A DNA stretch of 29,895 nucleotides from a virus. Its lineage: Duplodnaviria; Caudoviricetes. This document shows positions 8,673-18,620 of the stretch, in pieces. The DNA is taken from positions 1 through 29,895 of the IMG/VR virus record IMGVR_UViG_3300048857_000030; one strand, 5' to 3'. Below the pieces are notes generated by a model. The model worked only from the letters and a program-made list of their open reading frames with translations. It was not told the origin of the DNA and did no database searches. Both the position numbers and the translations under genes were made by a program. Positions within the stretch are counted from its first letter, which is position 1; each line of letters starts with the position of its first letter.

Positions 8673-10535
8673 ATGAGCCGTCCCGATATTCCTGTCACAA
8701 TCTCCGGCGACGCGAAGGGTTTCGAGTCCGCTCTTGCGCGGGTGCGGGCGCTCTCAAAGTCGACGGCAACCGACGTCGTCGCGTCTTTCGGTCGGATCAA
8801 GAACCTCGTAGCGGGCGGCGCCGGTCTCGTAACCGGGCTTGTTTCCGCGGCAAGCGTGACCGCATTGCGCGACGCAGCAGGCGCGATCGCCTCGATTGGC
8901 GACGAGGCCCGGCGGGCCGGCCTCGACGTCAAGAGCTTCCAGGAGCTGAAGTTCGTCGCCGAGCAGAACCGCGTCGGCATCGACGCTCTGACGGACGGGA
9001 TCAAGGAGCTGAACCTCCACGCCGACGAGTTCATCGTCACCGGCGGTGGGTCGGCGGCCGAGGCCTTCCAGCGGCTTGGCTATTCCGCCGAGGACCTGAA
9101 GCAGAAGCTCGAGGACCCCGCCGAACTATTCACCGAGATCATCGGTCGCCTGGGCGAACTCGACAAGGCAGCTCAGATCCGCATCATGGACGAGATCTTC
9201 GGCGGCGCCGGCGGCGAGCAGTTCGTGCAGCTGATCGAGGCGGGCGAAGCGGGCATTCGCGACACCATCCGGGCCGCGAACGATCTGGGCATCGTCCTCG
9301 ACGAGCAGATGATCCAGAAGGCGGCAGAAGTTGACCGCAAGTTCAACATGCTCGCGACCACCTTCGGGACGAAGCTGAAGTCCGCCATCGTCTCGGCGGC
9401 AGATAGCCTTGCGGAGTTCATCGACGGTTTTCGAGACTTCCAGAACCAGATGAACAGCACGCTGGGCAACCGGCAAACCGAAATTGGCCAACGACAGCTC
9501 GAGATCGAGACTGAGATCCTCACGAAGAAGGCGCGGCAACGCGAGGAAGCCGAGAAGCTGTCCGATGTGGCGAAGAAGCTCGGTTTTGAGGACAGTAAGA
9601 ACGCGAACCTTGCCGGCTATACCGGTCAAATAGCGGCACTTGAGGAAGAGAGTCGCAAGCTTCGAGAGGAAGATGCCAAGATCGCAGGCATCCTGAACGA
9701 TCGCCTTAAGCCAATGAACCGCACGGCCGAGCGGACCTGGATCCCTACCGAGGAAAAAGGCGGCGGCCGCTCCAAGAAGATCTCGGAGGCGGAGAAGGAA
9801 AAGAAGGCGATCGACGATGTGATCGCGTCGCTGCGCGAGGAGCTGGCGATCATCGGTCTTACCGATATCGAGCGGGAGCGCACGATTGCGCTCCGCGAGG
9901 CAGGTGTGGAGGCGACCTCGAAGGAAGGGCAGCAGATCTCCGCCCTCATCGACGAGAAATATCGCCAGCTAGCGGCCGAGGAGGCGCTCGCGGAGCAGTA
10001 TGAGCGCAGCGAGGAAGCGGCGGAGCGGATGGGTCAGGTCCTCGACGATCAGCTGATGCGCATCGTCGACGGCAGCTTCGACGCGAAGGAGGCGATCGCG
10101 GCGCTGCTGTCCGAGATCATCAATGTCCAGACGAACGGGAAGGGGCTTTTCGGTTCGCTCTTCAGCGAGATCTTCGGCGGCGGAGGCGGTCTCGGTTCCA
10201 ACTTCGTGCCGACCACGACCCTCGGCGGCTTCCTCGGCTATGGCGGGGCGCGCGCCGGCGGCGGCGATGTTTCGCCAGGACGCGTCTACCGCGTCAACGA
10301 ATACGAGGACGAGTTCTTTGCTCCCACGAGCCACGGCCGGATCATCGCGCCGAGCAAGCAGTCTGGCGCGTCGGCAGAAGGCGAGGGAGGCGGCCGGACT
10401 GTCGTCGAGATCGTGCTGAGCAAGGATTTGTTCGCCAGCATCCTCGAGCAGACGGGTGACCAAGCTGTGCGCCTGATCCATCGCAACGAGGAGGCGCGTG
10501 CCAACTATCGCCAGAACGGCGGGGAAGATTTCTAA
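8673..10535 (+). CDS. Tail tape measure protein
   Basis: 620 aa, Ala/Glu-rich and helical; ARAGGGDVSPGRVYRVNE near the C-terminus; follows the chaperones. Confidence 0.9.
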   Translation: MSRPDIPVTISGDAKGFESALARVRALSKSTATDVVASFGRIKNLVAGGAGLVTGLVSAASVTALRDAAGAIASIGDEARRAGLDVKSFQELKFVAEQNRVGIDALTDGIKELNLHADEFIVTGGGSAAEAFQRLGYSAEDLKQKLEDPAELFTEIIGRLGELDKAAQIRIMDEIFGGAGGEQFVQLIEAGEAGIRDTIRAANDLGIVLDEQMIQKAAEVDRKFNMLATTFGTKLKSAIVSAADSLAEFIDGFRDFQNQMNSTLGNRQTEIGQRQLEIETEILTKKARQREEAEKLSDVAKKLGFEDSKNANLAGYTGQIAALEEESRKLREEDAKIAGILNDRLKPMNRTAERTWIPTEEKGGGRSKKISEAEKEKKAIDDVIASLREELAIIGLTDIERERTIALREAGVEATSKEGQQISALIDEKYRQLAAEEALAEQYERSEEAAERMGQVLDDQLMRIVDGSFDAKEAIAALLSEIINVQTNGKGLFGSLFSEIFGGGGGLGSNFVPTTTLGGFLGYGGARAGGGDVSPGRVYRVNEYEDEFFAPTSHGRIIAPSKQSGASAEGEGGGRTVVEIVLSKDLFASILEQTGDQAVRLIHRNEEARANYRQNGGEDF

Positions 10536-11185
10536 TGGCCTTTCTCATTTCGCTTCCGAGCGTGGTTTACAGCCAGGTCGCGTTCGATCCGGTGCGTATC
10601 CGCGATACAAACCGCATGGAAGGCAGGCGGACCGAGACGGCCTATTCCGGCACGCCCTATTGGATCGCCTCCTATTCGACGTCGAAGCTGACAACGGCCG
10701 AAGCGGCGCTGTTTGACGCCTTCAACATGGATGCGAACGACGGCGGTGTAATTGCCGGCTACGATGCGCATCGGCCGCGGCCGATCGCCTATCAGGGCAG
10801 CAATCCTCTTTCCGGCGTGAAGGCCGGCGGCGGGGCTTTCAATGGGGACGCGGTGCTGCAGTCGATCACAAGCGGTAACGAGATCGTCGTTTCGGGCCTG
10901 CCGGCGGGCTTCAAACTGGCGCCCGGGGATTATGTAGAGGTGCGGAAATCGACCTTCGTGCGATCTCTGCATCGGATTACGCAAGCCACGACGGCAAGTG
11001 CGGCCGGTGTGGTGACCCTGAAGATCCGCTTCGCGCTTAACACGCAGGTATTCACCCTGCCATGCACCGTCCATTTCGAGAAGCCTTCCTGCATCATGGA
11101 AATGGATGCGGGAAGCTTCAGTCTGCCGAAGACCTGGCCGAACTATAATGTCCAGTTTACCGCAACGGAGTTGTTCCTCTCATGA
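10535..11185 (+). CDS. Distal tail protein (Dit-like)
   Basis: Coupled to the TMP stop; beta-rich 216 aa; positional call. Confidence 0.65.
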   Translation: MAFLISLPSVVYSQVAFDPVRIRDTNRMEGRRTETAYSGTPYWIASYSTSKLTTAEAALFDAFNMDANDGGVIAGYDAHRPRPIAYQGSNPLSGVKAGGGAFNGDAVLQSITSGNEIVVSGLPAGFKLAPGDYVEVRKSTFVRSLHRITQATTASAAGVVTLKIRFALNTQVFTLPCTVHFEKPSCIMEMDAGSFSLPKTWPNYNVQFTATELFLS

Positions 11186-11772
11186 GCACGCTTTCACCCG
11201 AAGTCGAGGACCTGGTCGAGAGCGGCGAGTTCGCCATCCTCGATATGATCCGCTTCGATCTGCCCGGCAAAACGGTCGGCTATCTCCGCGGCGGTCGCAA
11301 GTTCACCTATAATGGCTTGCTGTATCTGCCGAACCGGTATCTGCAGCCGGGTGATCTGGTGAGCGCCGTCGGCGTGGCCGTTACCACGCGCACCATCGTG
11401 TTCTCCAACATACCGGTGACCGATCCTGAGGACGCGGTCGCGCGGATCGAGGAGTTCAACTACCAGAACGCGCCTGTCATCATCACCTCGCTTGTCGGTG
11501 CGCCGAATTCCAGCATTGTCGTCGGCGTGTTGGTGTCGACGATCTACGAGATCGACCAGGTGCGCTACAACGAAGGCGCGGTCTCGGGTTCCGAGCGAAC
11601 GCTGACGATGATGATCGACCTGCAGCCGCCGGGCCGCTCGGCGCGGGGCTCGACCGGCGTCAAGCGCTCGCAGGCCGAACAGCAGTTCGACAATAGTCCG
11701 ACCGACACGGGCCTGGAGCACGTGGCGACGAATGCGACCATCCCCGAGGAATGGGGTCAGGTGTCGCGCTAG
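11182..11772 (+). CDS. Minor tail / baseplate hub protein
   Basis: Between Dit and NlpC/P60; RSQAEQQFDNSPTDTGLEHV..WG C-terminus typical of this slot. Confidence 0.7.
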   Translation: MSTLSPEVEDLVESGEFAILDMIRFDLPGKTVGYLRGGRKFTYNGLLYLPNRYLQPGDLVSAVGVAVTTRTIVFSNIPVTDPEDAVARIEEFNYQNAPVIITSLVGAPNSSIVVGVLVSTIYEIDQVRYNEGAVSGSERTLTMMIDLQPPGRSARGSTGVKRSQAEQQFDNSPTDTGLEHVATNATIPEEWGQVSR

Positions 11773-12041
11773 CTGTCTGATTGAGATTGCTTCTGCTCAA
11801 GATGACGTTTCGCCATAAGGGCAACTCCATCGATGAGCATCCGCGTCGTCGCGGAGCGCTCGATATTGGCGCGGCGCGCCGTCAGCTCCTCGGCCTTCTT
11901 CATTTCTGAGGTCAAGCTGTCGCGGAACTCGTCGATCCAGTCCGCACCTTCGTCTCCTTTCATGGCGGCGACCTCTACGATCAGCCGTTGGAGCATCATG
12001 AAGGTGGCCTGAACTGTAGCGCGCATTTCCGAGTCAGTCAT
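11769..12041 (-). CDS. Hypothetical helical protein, antisense moron in the tail operon
   Basis: Strong CAGGAGA RBS before ATG 12041; fills the gap between two tail genes. Confidence 0.7.
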   Translation of the reverse strand: MTDSEMRATVQATFMMLQRLIVEVAAMKGDEGADWIDEFRDSLTSEMKKAEELTARRANIERSATTRMLIDGVALMAKRHLEQKQSQSDS

Positions 12042-12106
12042 TCAATTCTCCTGTTGAGGGCTTGCCCTCAAGCAAAGATACAACTTCAAGTCTAGTGGAA
12101 ATCGAC

Positions 12107-12511
12107 ATGAACCGCTTTCGCATCGTCGAAGCCATGCTCACGCGTGAGCTTGCGAAACCCTATGCCTATGGCTCGGCTGATTGCTTCATGCTCGGCTGCG
12201 CCTTCATCGACGCGCTGACGGGTTCGGAGATTGCCGATAAGTACCGCGGCGCCTATCGCACGCTTGCCGGTGCGCAGCGAGCGCTGCGCAGGCGCGGGCA
12301 CACCTCACTGGTAAGCTTCTTTGCGGCCGAACTGCGGCAGGAGTCGAAAGGCGGGGCGGAAGCGCGCCTCGGCGATCTCGTCATCCTGCGCCTCTCCGAC
12401 GGCGACGAGCATGTCGGCGTCTGCCTCGGTGCTCGCTTCGTGACCAAGACCGAGCGCGGCCGGAGCGATCACGGCCTCGCCGACGTCATTGCCGCCTTTC
12501 ACCTCGGATAA
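12107..12511 (+). CDS. NlpC/P60-like tail-associated peptidase (DUF6950-like)
   Basis: ATG 12107; PYAYGSADC (Cys) and GDLVIL..HVGVC (His). Confidence 0.85.
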   Translation: MNRFRIVEAMLTRELAKPYAYGSADCFMLGCAFIDALTGSEIADKYRGAYRTLAGAQRALRRRGHTSLVSFFAAELRQESKGGAEARLGDLVILRLSDGDEHVGVCLGARFVTKTERGRSDHGLADVIAAFHLG

Positions 12512-12517
12512 GCTGAC

Positions 12518-15265
12518 ATGGCAATCTTTACTTCAATCGCGACCGCGATCGCCGGCGCGCTGTTCGGCGGCTCTGCGCTTGCTGCCAGCCTCATCGGCGG
12601 CGCTCTTGCCTTCGGTGCCAAGCTGGCGATCGGCAAGCTCGGCCAGCAGAAGCAGCAGAAGCGGAAATACACGGCCGTACAGGGCGAGATCCAGTTCGGC
12701 GGCGACGTGTCTGTCAGCGCGCTCTTTGGCGTCGGCAAGACCAAGGGGCAGCGCACGTTCTATGCCAAGTGGGGCAGCGGCAACAAATGGAATGCCGAGG
12801 TCTTCGTGCTTGCGAACGGCTGGTGCGACGGGCTGGAGCCCTACGTCTACATCTATGGCGAGAAGAAAGCGCTCGTGTCCCGGCCGGTCATCGGCAACGA
12901 GGTTGCGAACTATCATATCGCGGACTTCGTCAACGGCTCTGGCGACCCGCTCCTGACGATACGCTTTTATGATGGCAGGCCGGGCCAGCAGGTTGATCAG
13001 AAGCTCGTCGACGTCACGGCGGGTCTTGGCAACAAGTGGAAGAGCACGAGCGTCAATGCCGGCATCTGCTACGTCGTCGTCGAGCGTATTTATAGCGACA
13101 AGCTCTTCGGCTCGAAAGGCCGGCCGGAACTTGAATTCGTGCTGCGCGGGCTTCGCGAATACGATCCGCGCAAGGACTCGACGGTTGCGGGTGGCTCCGG
13201 CCCGCAGCGGCTCAGCACGCCCTCGACCTGGGTGCACACGAAAAACCCGGCCGTGCACCGCCTCAACTATCAGCTGGGGCTGCGGGCGCTCATCTCGGGC
13301 CGTACGCTGATCGGCGAGGGCAAGAGCCTCGGCCAGATCGATCTCGCCACCTATTTCGTGGCGATGAATGTCTGCGACACGCTGCGGGCGAACGGCAAGA
13401 AGACTTACGAGTGCTCGCTGTTCGTCAGCGGCGACGACGATCACACCGAGGTGCTGAAGCAGTTCGACGATGCGATGGCCGGCTACGGCCTCAACCGCCG
13501 CGGTCTCTCCGGCGTCATTCCCGGAGCGCCGCAGATCCCGGTCAAGGATCTGACTGCGGCCGACATTCCGATCGACCGCGCCAAGGACGTGCAGTTCCGG
13601 CCCTCCGCCTTCGAGCGCTTCAATCACCTTTCCGGCCAGTTCACCTCGATCGAATCGATGTGGAACCCGGAAAGCCTGAAGCCGGTCTACGTGAATGCGG
13701 ACATCGCCGCCGACGGCCGGAACCGGCAGACGAGCATCGATTTCCTGCAGGTGACCGATCCGGACATTGCGCAATACCTGCTCAACATCCGCTATCGGCA
13801 GAACCGCATGGGCGGCAAGGCGACGGTTCCTGTCAGCCGTCGCTTCGGCCTGGCGGTGCAGGAAGGCGAGTGGATCACCTGGCGCGGCAAGAGCTGGCTG
13901 ATCAGCGAATGGCGGGCCGACGATCGGCTGCGCATCACGTTGGTGCTCTCCGAGACCAGCGCGGCGATTTATGACGAAGCCGGTATTCAGCCCGGTCCGG
14001 TCGTCATCCCACCGACGCCGCCGATCAACCCGTCGCTGCTGTCGACGGTGCAGAACTTCAACGTTGCCGTCGGCATGATCAACGGCGCGCAGGGCTACGA
14101 CACGCCGGCGCTCGTCTTCACCTGGACGCCGCCGGACGATCCGACGATCACGGCGGTGCGCTTCTCCTATCAGATCGAGGGCGCGACGGAGCTGTTCGAG
14201 GATCAGTGCACCTCGCCTGAGGATGGCCTGTTCCGCACCACGAAGAACGTCGTTTCCGGCAAGGTCTACAATGCCCGGGCGACGATCACGACCGTGCCCG
14301 ACCGGCTGCGCACCTTTACGCCCTGGAAAACGACAGCGCAGCCGACCGGGCTGCAGACGCTGCTCACCGGCCTGCAGCAGCTGCAGGACGATGCGCTCAA
14401 CCGCTTCAAGGAACTGCAGCAGGAGATGGACGAATTCTTCCGGCCGCGCCTCGTCGAGCTGCTGGATGCCTTCTCTCTCGAAGGCGCTGTCGGACAGATC
14501 GAGCGCCAGCAGATCGTTGCCTCCATAGGTGACGCGCTGGCGCAGATCGCTGAGGAGCGACGAGTGCGCGTTTCGGAAAACGAGGCAACGGCGCAGCTGT
14601 TGAAATATCTGCAGGCGAGCCTCGGCGGCACGAATGCGCGGCTGATCACTGAGGAGAGCGTGCGTGCGACGGCAGATTCGGCACTGAGCAGCCAGATAAC
14701 GCAACTCACGGCGGAAACCGGCAATAATGCGGCGGCCATTCAGACAGAGGCTACCGCGCGCGCTAATGCCGACAGCGCACTCTCTACCCAGATCACCAAC
14801 CTCGATGCGGAGGTTGGCGACAACCTTGCCCGGCTGATCCAGGAGGAAACGGCGCGCGCCGATGGTGACAGCGCGAACGCGACCAGCATCACTGGGGTGA
14901 GTGCTGATTTGAACGGCCGCTTCGCGCAAGGTCTGGTGAAGTTCGAAGCGGTCGCGGCGCCGGAAGGCGTTGATGCCAGGTTTTCCGTGATGCTGCGGGC
15001 CGGCACCAATCAGAGCTTCAAGGTGTCGGGCTTCTACATCGAGCTCTACACCCAAGGCGGGGTGCAGAAATCGCGCATGGCGATCCAAGTGGATCAGTTT
15101 CTCGTCTTCTCCGGCAACAGCGGTCACCTCCCATTCGTCTTCGAGAACGGCGAGCTGAAGCTGGCAATTGCCAACATCGGGACGGTCAACGCCGGTCTTC
15201 TCCAGTCGCTAAACGGCAAAATGAAGATCGACCTCAACAACGGCACGATCGAGGTTTTCAGCTGA
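12518..15265 (+). CDS. Tail tip / host specificity protein (gpJ-like)
   Basis: 915 aa; LRGLREYDPRKDST..WVHTKNPA; FN3-like segment; E-x2-R-A-x2-D-S coiled-coil repeats; C-terminal IGTVNAGLLQSLNGKMKIDLNNG. Confidence 0.9.
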   Translation: MAIFTSIATAIAGALFGGSALAASLIGGALAFGAKLAIGKLGQQKQQKRKYTAVQGEIQFGGDVSVSALFGVGKTKGQRTFYAKWGSGNKWNAEVFVLANGWCDGLEPYVYIYGEKKALVSRPVIGNEVANYHIADFVNGSGDPLLTIRFYDGRPGQQVDQKLVDVTAGLGNKWKSTSVNAGICYVVVERIYSDKLFGSKGRPELEFVLRGLREYDPRKDSTVAGGSGPQRLSTPSTWVHTKNPAVHRLNYQLGLRALISGRTLIGEGKSLGQIDLATYFVAMNVCDTLRANGKKTYECSLFVSGDDDHTEVLKQFDDAMAGYGLNRRGLSGVIPGAPQIPVKDLTAADIPIDRAKDVQFRPSAFERFNHLSGQFTSIESMWNPESLKPVYVNADIAADGRNRQTSIDFLQVTDPDIAQYLLNIRYRQNRMGGKATVPVSRRFGLAVQEGEWITWRGKSWLISEWRADDRLRITLVLSETSAAIYDEAGIQPGPVVIPPTPPINPSLLSTVQNFNVAVGMINGAQGYDTPALVFTWTPPDDPTITAVRFSYQIEGATELFEDQCTSPEDGLFRTTKNVVSGKVYNARATITTVPDRLRTFTPWKTTAQPTGLQTLLTGLQQLQDDALNRFKELQQEMDEFFRPRLVELLDAFSLEGAVGQIERQQIVASIGDALAQIAEERRVRVSENEATAQLLKYLQASLGGTNARLITEESVRATADSALSSQITQLTAETGNNAAAIQTEATARANADSALSTQITNLDAEVGDNLARLIQEETARADGDSANATSITGVSADLNGRFAQGLVKFEAVAAPEGVDARFSVMLRAGTNQSFKVSGFYIELYTQGGVQKSRMAIQVDQFLVFSGNSGHLPFVFENGELKLAIANIGTVNAGLLQSLNGKMKIDLNNGTIEVFS

Positions 15266-16785
15266 TGGTCCGCACGATGATTGGCGTCGACAGTACCGGC
15301 GCCGGATGTGTCAAAATCATGAAGAGCGACGCTGACAATCCGCGCACGACGCCGGACAGCCAGCGCTCGAAGTTCCTCTATAACTCGAAATATGCGCTGA
15401 ACGCTTCAATTGCCCATATTGAGCGTGTGAACACTATCCCCGGCGGAAGCGGTACCCAATACTACCCCGCCGGGTCTAATTCTTCCAACTATCAAAAGCT
15501 TGTCGCTTACGGTGACGCGGGCGGATTTAACGAAGCCATATGGGTGTTCAAAAACAGCGCTTTCCCTGATTTGAAGTACAATATGCCGCTTTTCGACGTG
15601 AAGGCCACTCGCAATAGTACAGGTCGCTTTAATCAGATGAAAATACAGCGCCGATATAGCGGGAGGTATTATAACGATCAGGGCGGTTATTTGTTCATGG
15701 GGAATTGGCGTCAGGCCCCTTGGTTCAAGGATTATGAGGGGCTTGTCAGCAACTGGGGTTCGTTCCCGTACGGAACAGTTACGAGGATAAACAACTCCGA
15801 TACAAACGACGCCTACAACCGCTTTCAATCCAGCGACAAACGGTTGATCGTGTGGAACCTCCCCGGCAATGAAGACCCGTCATTAGAAGCTCCCGTGCTC
15901 GCGCCAAACGGCAGTAAGAACATCATCATTAGCTCGGATAAGATGATTATCGCCAAGCCGGGGTACAACGCGGAAACAGCGACCGAATGGCAAATCTCAT
16001 TCGACAGTCGACGTGTGCCCGTCAAGGTCATCGCTGCTGCGGATATCGCAATTCCCGCCGGAGAATCGTTCTACGATACCGGGATAGCGTTGCCGACAAA
16101 TATCGCGCTTGATGTTCATTTCTACACGGGTTCCACAATCTATTATCCGTGGACTCCCGACATGGAAGACGGCGCGGGGGCGGAGTACTGGTTTAGCGGC
16201 ACGCGTATTTACTTTAGCGCGGCATCCGCTATGCGCGCTCGGTTCATGCTGTACCTCGACGCCGGCGACAGCCCGACGAATGGCAGCAATAAGGTGTTTA
16301 GGCAGTTCACCGAGGGCGGCGTGGATGTGGTTCAATTCCTGCGCCCCGGTTCCGCGAACCCGCCGTCCTGGGCAGACATCGTGATCGACAGTCGTTGGCC
16401 GTGCGTGCAAATCATCAAAGAGGGGTATTTCCCTGTTTCGGCAGGGAGCCCGGTCGAAACGGTTGTCAATTTCGACGCTACGGGCATGTTCCCCATGGTC
16501 AAGTATATGACCAAACATGGGCCCGGTTCGGATCAGAATTTCGGCAGTTGGCAGGCGTCGATCAAATTGCCGTCCGTTCGCCAGTTGATGTACTCGACAA
16601 GCAGCAATTTCGAGTGCGGGGACAGCTCCCATTGTCGCCTGACCCAGACAAGCGCAACGTTTGTCACTAATCGCGGACGGCCAGGCGACTATTACAACGA
16701 TGATGATGATCCGGGCACGTGGCGCACGGAAGGCGCCGACGACGTGCTCGGCATCCGCTACTACATTCTCGGCATTCCAGCTTAG
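15265..16785 (+). CDS. Tail-tip associated / receptor-binding protein with three related modules
   Basis: Coupled to J; recurring units KIMKSDADNP..FLYNSKY, IIAKPGYNA..ISFDSRR and QFLRPGSANP..IVIDSRW; aromatic-rich. Confidence 0.7.
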   Translation: MVRTMIGVDSTGAGCVKIMKSDADNPRTTPDSQRSKFLYNSKYALNASIAHIERVNTIPGGSGTQYYPAGSNSSNYQKLVAYGDAGGFNEAIWVFKNSAFPDLKYNMPLFDVKATRNSTGRFNQMKIQRRYSGRYYNDQGGYLFMGNWRQAPWFKDYEGLVSNWGSFPYGTVTRINNSDTNDAYNRFQSSDKRLIVWNLPGNEDPSLEAPVLAPNGSKNIIISSDKMIIAKPGYNAETATEWQISFDSRRVPVKVIAAADIAIPAGESFYDTGIALPTNIALDVHFYTGSTIYYPWTPDMEDGAGAEYWFSGTRIYFSAASAMRARFMLYLDAGDSPTNGSNKVFRQFTEGGVDVVQFLRPGSANPPSWADIVIDSRWPCVQIIKEGYFPVSAGSPVETVVNFDATGMFPMVKYMTKHGPGSDQNFGSWQASIKLPSVRQLMYSTSSNFECGDSSHCRLTQTSATFVTNRGRPGDYYNDDDDPGTWRTEGADDVLGIRYYILGIPA

Positions 16786-16796
16786 GAACTCCTGAC

Positions 16797-17915
16797 ATGA
16801 CGATACCCTATGTAACGGGCACGGTTTCCGTGACCGGCGGCAGCGCTGTTGTCATCGGCTCCGGGACCGCCTGGGCCTCCGCATTGATTGCCGGCGGGCT
16901 CTTTGGCCTCGACAGTAGCAACGGCAATCCGGTCCCGATCCTCTCGGTCGACAGCAACACGCAACTGACGCTGGCCAAGCCCTGGCGTGGCACGACGGCG
17001 GCCGGGCAGGGCTACTGGATTGTCCGTGACACGGCCTATCTGCAGCAGCAGACCGTCAATGCGCAGGCGCTCTCGACCTACATCCAGCGGCTCGACAATG
17101 CGGCGCTCGCGGTGTTGGCTGGGCTGACGCCTGCGGCTGACAAGCTCGCGTATTTCACCGGGCCATCCGGGGCGGCCCTGACCGACATCAAGGCCAAAGG
17201 CCGCGACATCATGGCCGCGACCGACATGCTTAACCTGCTTGCTAAGCTTGGCCCAGTAAATGGAGGCGTTACAGCTCTTGCGCCCAATGCTTCCGGGGTT
17301 GGCTTGTCAGATGGTGACTTTAACACAATCACCGTGGCCGGGACGTACAGCATAACCGGGAACTGGGTAAACGGGTTTCAAGGTGCCGGTTCTGCCGCGT
17401 ATTCCGGGATATTGAATGTCTACGTGCGTGGCAGTCAGGTCTATCAGTATCTTCTGATCAACACGAGCTTCGCCCCGCAATGGCACTTTAGGTTTTCAGC
17501 CAACGGGACGACCGGCACTTGGCCCGACCGGTGGTGGAACATGGCGGGAGAGGTGGTTGGCACAGTCGCGCAGAGTTCGGGTAGGTCTATAGGGGCAGTC
17601 ATCGAGCGCGGCAGCAACGCAAACGGTGAATATGCTAGGTTTGCTGACGGGACACAGATCTGCACGTTTGCTGCACCGGGAGTGGATACGACCATCACTT
17701 CTGGGCCGTTGTTTCGCAGTCCAGATTATTCATGGACCTACCCTGTTGCTTTCGCGGCGACCCCCACCTGGTCGGTCTCAGTCCAGGCTTCTTCACGATG
17801 GGGCAATTGCCGGCAAACATCCGGCACTACAGTCGGCACATTCAATCAATACTCCACGATCAGTAGCACTTCCGTGCTCGCGTGGAGTCTGACGGCAATC
17901 GGAAGGTGGTTCTAA
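16797..17915 (+). CDS. Tail fibre protein
   Basis: ATG 16797; GTVSVTGGSAVVIGSGTAW start; LAGLTPAADKLAYFTG; C-terminal IERGSNANGEYARFADGTQIC..AIGRWF. Confidence 0.88.
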   Translation: MTIPYVTGTVSVTGGSAVVIGSGTAWASALIAGGLFGLDSSNGNPVPILSVDSNTQLTLAKPWRGTTAAGQGYWIVRDTAYLQQQTVNAQALSTYIQRLDNAALAVLAGLTPAADKLAYFTGPSGAALTDIKAKGRDIMAATDMLNLLAKLGPVNGGVTALAPNASGVGLSDGDFNTITVAGTYSITGNWVNGFQGAGSAAYSGILNVYVRGSQVYQYLLINTSFAPQWHFRFSANGTTGTWPDRWWNMAGEVVGTVAQSSGRSIGAVIERGSNANGEYARFADGTQICTFAAPGVDTTITSGPLFRSPDYSWTYPVAFAATPTWSVSVQASSRWGNCRQTSGTTVGTFNQYSTISSTSVLAWSLTAIGRWF

Positions 17916-18262
17916 TGCGGATAAATTTAGCCCCTCAACGTCGCGATGACCTCCTGGAGCTCACCAAAGTCGGCGACGTTTTCACGATCAATGGCGTGGT
18001 ATTCGACTTCTCGACCTTGCCGGACGGCGCCACGATCCCCGCCGGCGAAGTTCCGTGTGAGTGGCTTGTCGGCCCCGTCGAACGCGTCGCTGGCGAGCTT
18101 CAGCTGACGCTCATCCTGCCGCACGGCCCCGGCCCTTCTCGGGCCGTCGCCTTTCCCCCGCCAATCATCGACCCGCCCGACGGGGTGATTGCATTGCCGG
18201 TCGACCCGGCCCCGCCCATCCCTGATCCTGTTGAAGAGGAGCCGGCCAATGTGGACGGTTGA
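17915..18262 (+). CDS. Tail fibre-associated protein
   Basis: ATG 17915 overlaps the fibre stop; MRINLAPQRRDD..FDFSTLPDGATIP..LTLILPHG. Confidence 0.75.
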   Translation: MRINLAPQRRDDLLELTKVGDVFTINGVVFDFSTLPDGATIPAGEVPCEWLVGPVERVAGELQLTLILPHGPGPSRAVAFPPPIIDPPDGVIALPVDPAPPIPDPVEEEPANVDG

Positions 18263-18584
18263 TTTGTCGAAGGTCGTCACGGCCGAGCAGAAGGCGGTGG
18301 AAGCGCGTGCTGCACTTCAGTCGCAATACTCCGCCGCCATCCAGGCGCATCTCGACGCCAAGGCGCGCGAGCGGCAATATGACGGCATCCAGACCGCCAT
18401 CACCTACCGCGGCGATCCAAACCCGCAGTTCTCGGCCGAGGGCGATGCGCTCTTCGCCTGGCGATCGGCCGTGTGGACTTATTCCACGGCCGAATTGGTG
18501 AAGGTGCTTGCCGGCGAGCGACCGCAGCCCAGTGTCGAAGAGTTTATGGCCGAGCTGCCGGTGTTTGAGTGGCCGCGGGTATAG
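18249..18584 (+). CDS. Tail fibre assembly-type protein
   Basis: ATG 18249 after GAGGAG; IQAHLDAKARERQYDGI..FSAEG..WRSAVW..ELP..W pattern. Confidence 0.75.
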   Translation: MWTVDLSKVVTAEQKAVEARAALQSQYSAAIQAHLDAKARERQYDGIQTAITYRGDPNPQFSAEGDALFAWRSAVWTYSTAELVKVLAGERPQPSVEEFMAELPVFEWPRV

Positions 18585-18620
18585 CAGTCATCTCCCGCCC
18601 ACTCGGCGACCAGGCCGGAA

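Noticed and set aside
14560-14890. Repeated E-x2-R-A-x2-D-S units in the J-like gene as a possible DGR or repeat array
   Set aside because: Protein-level coiled-coil repeats common in tail tips; no adenine-specific TR/VR pair and no reverse transcriptase in the window.
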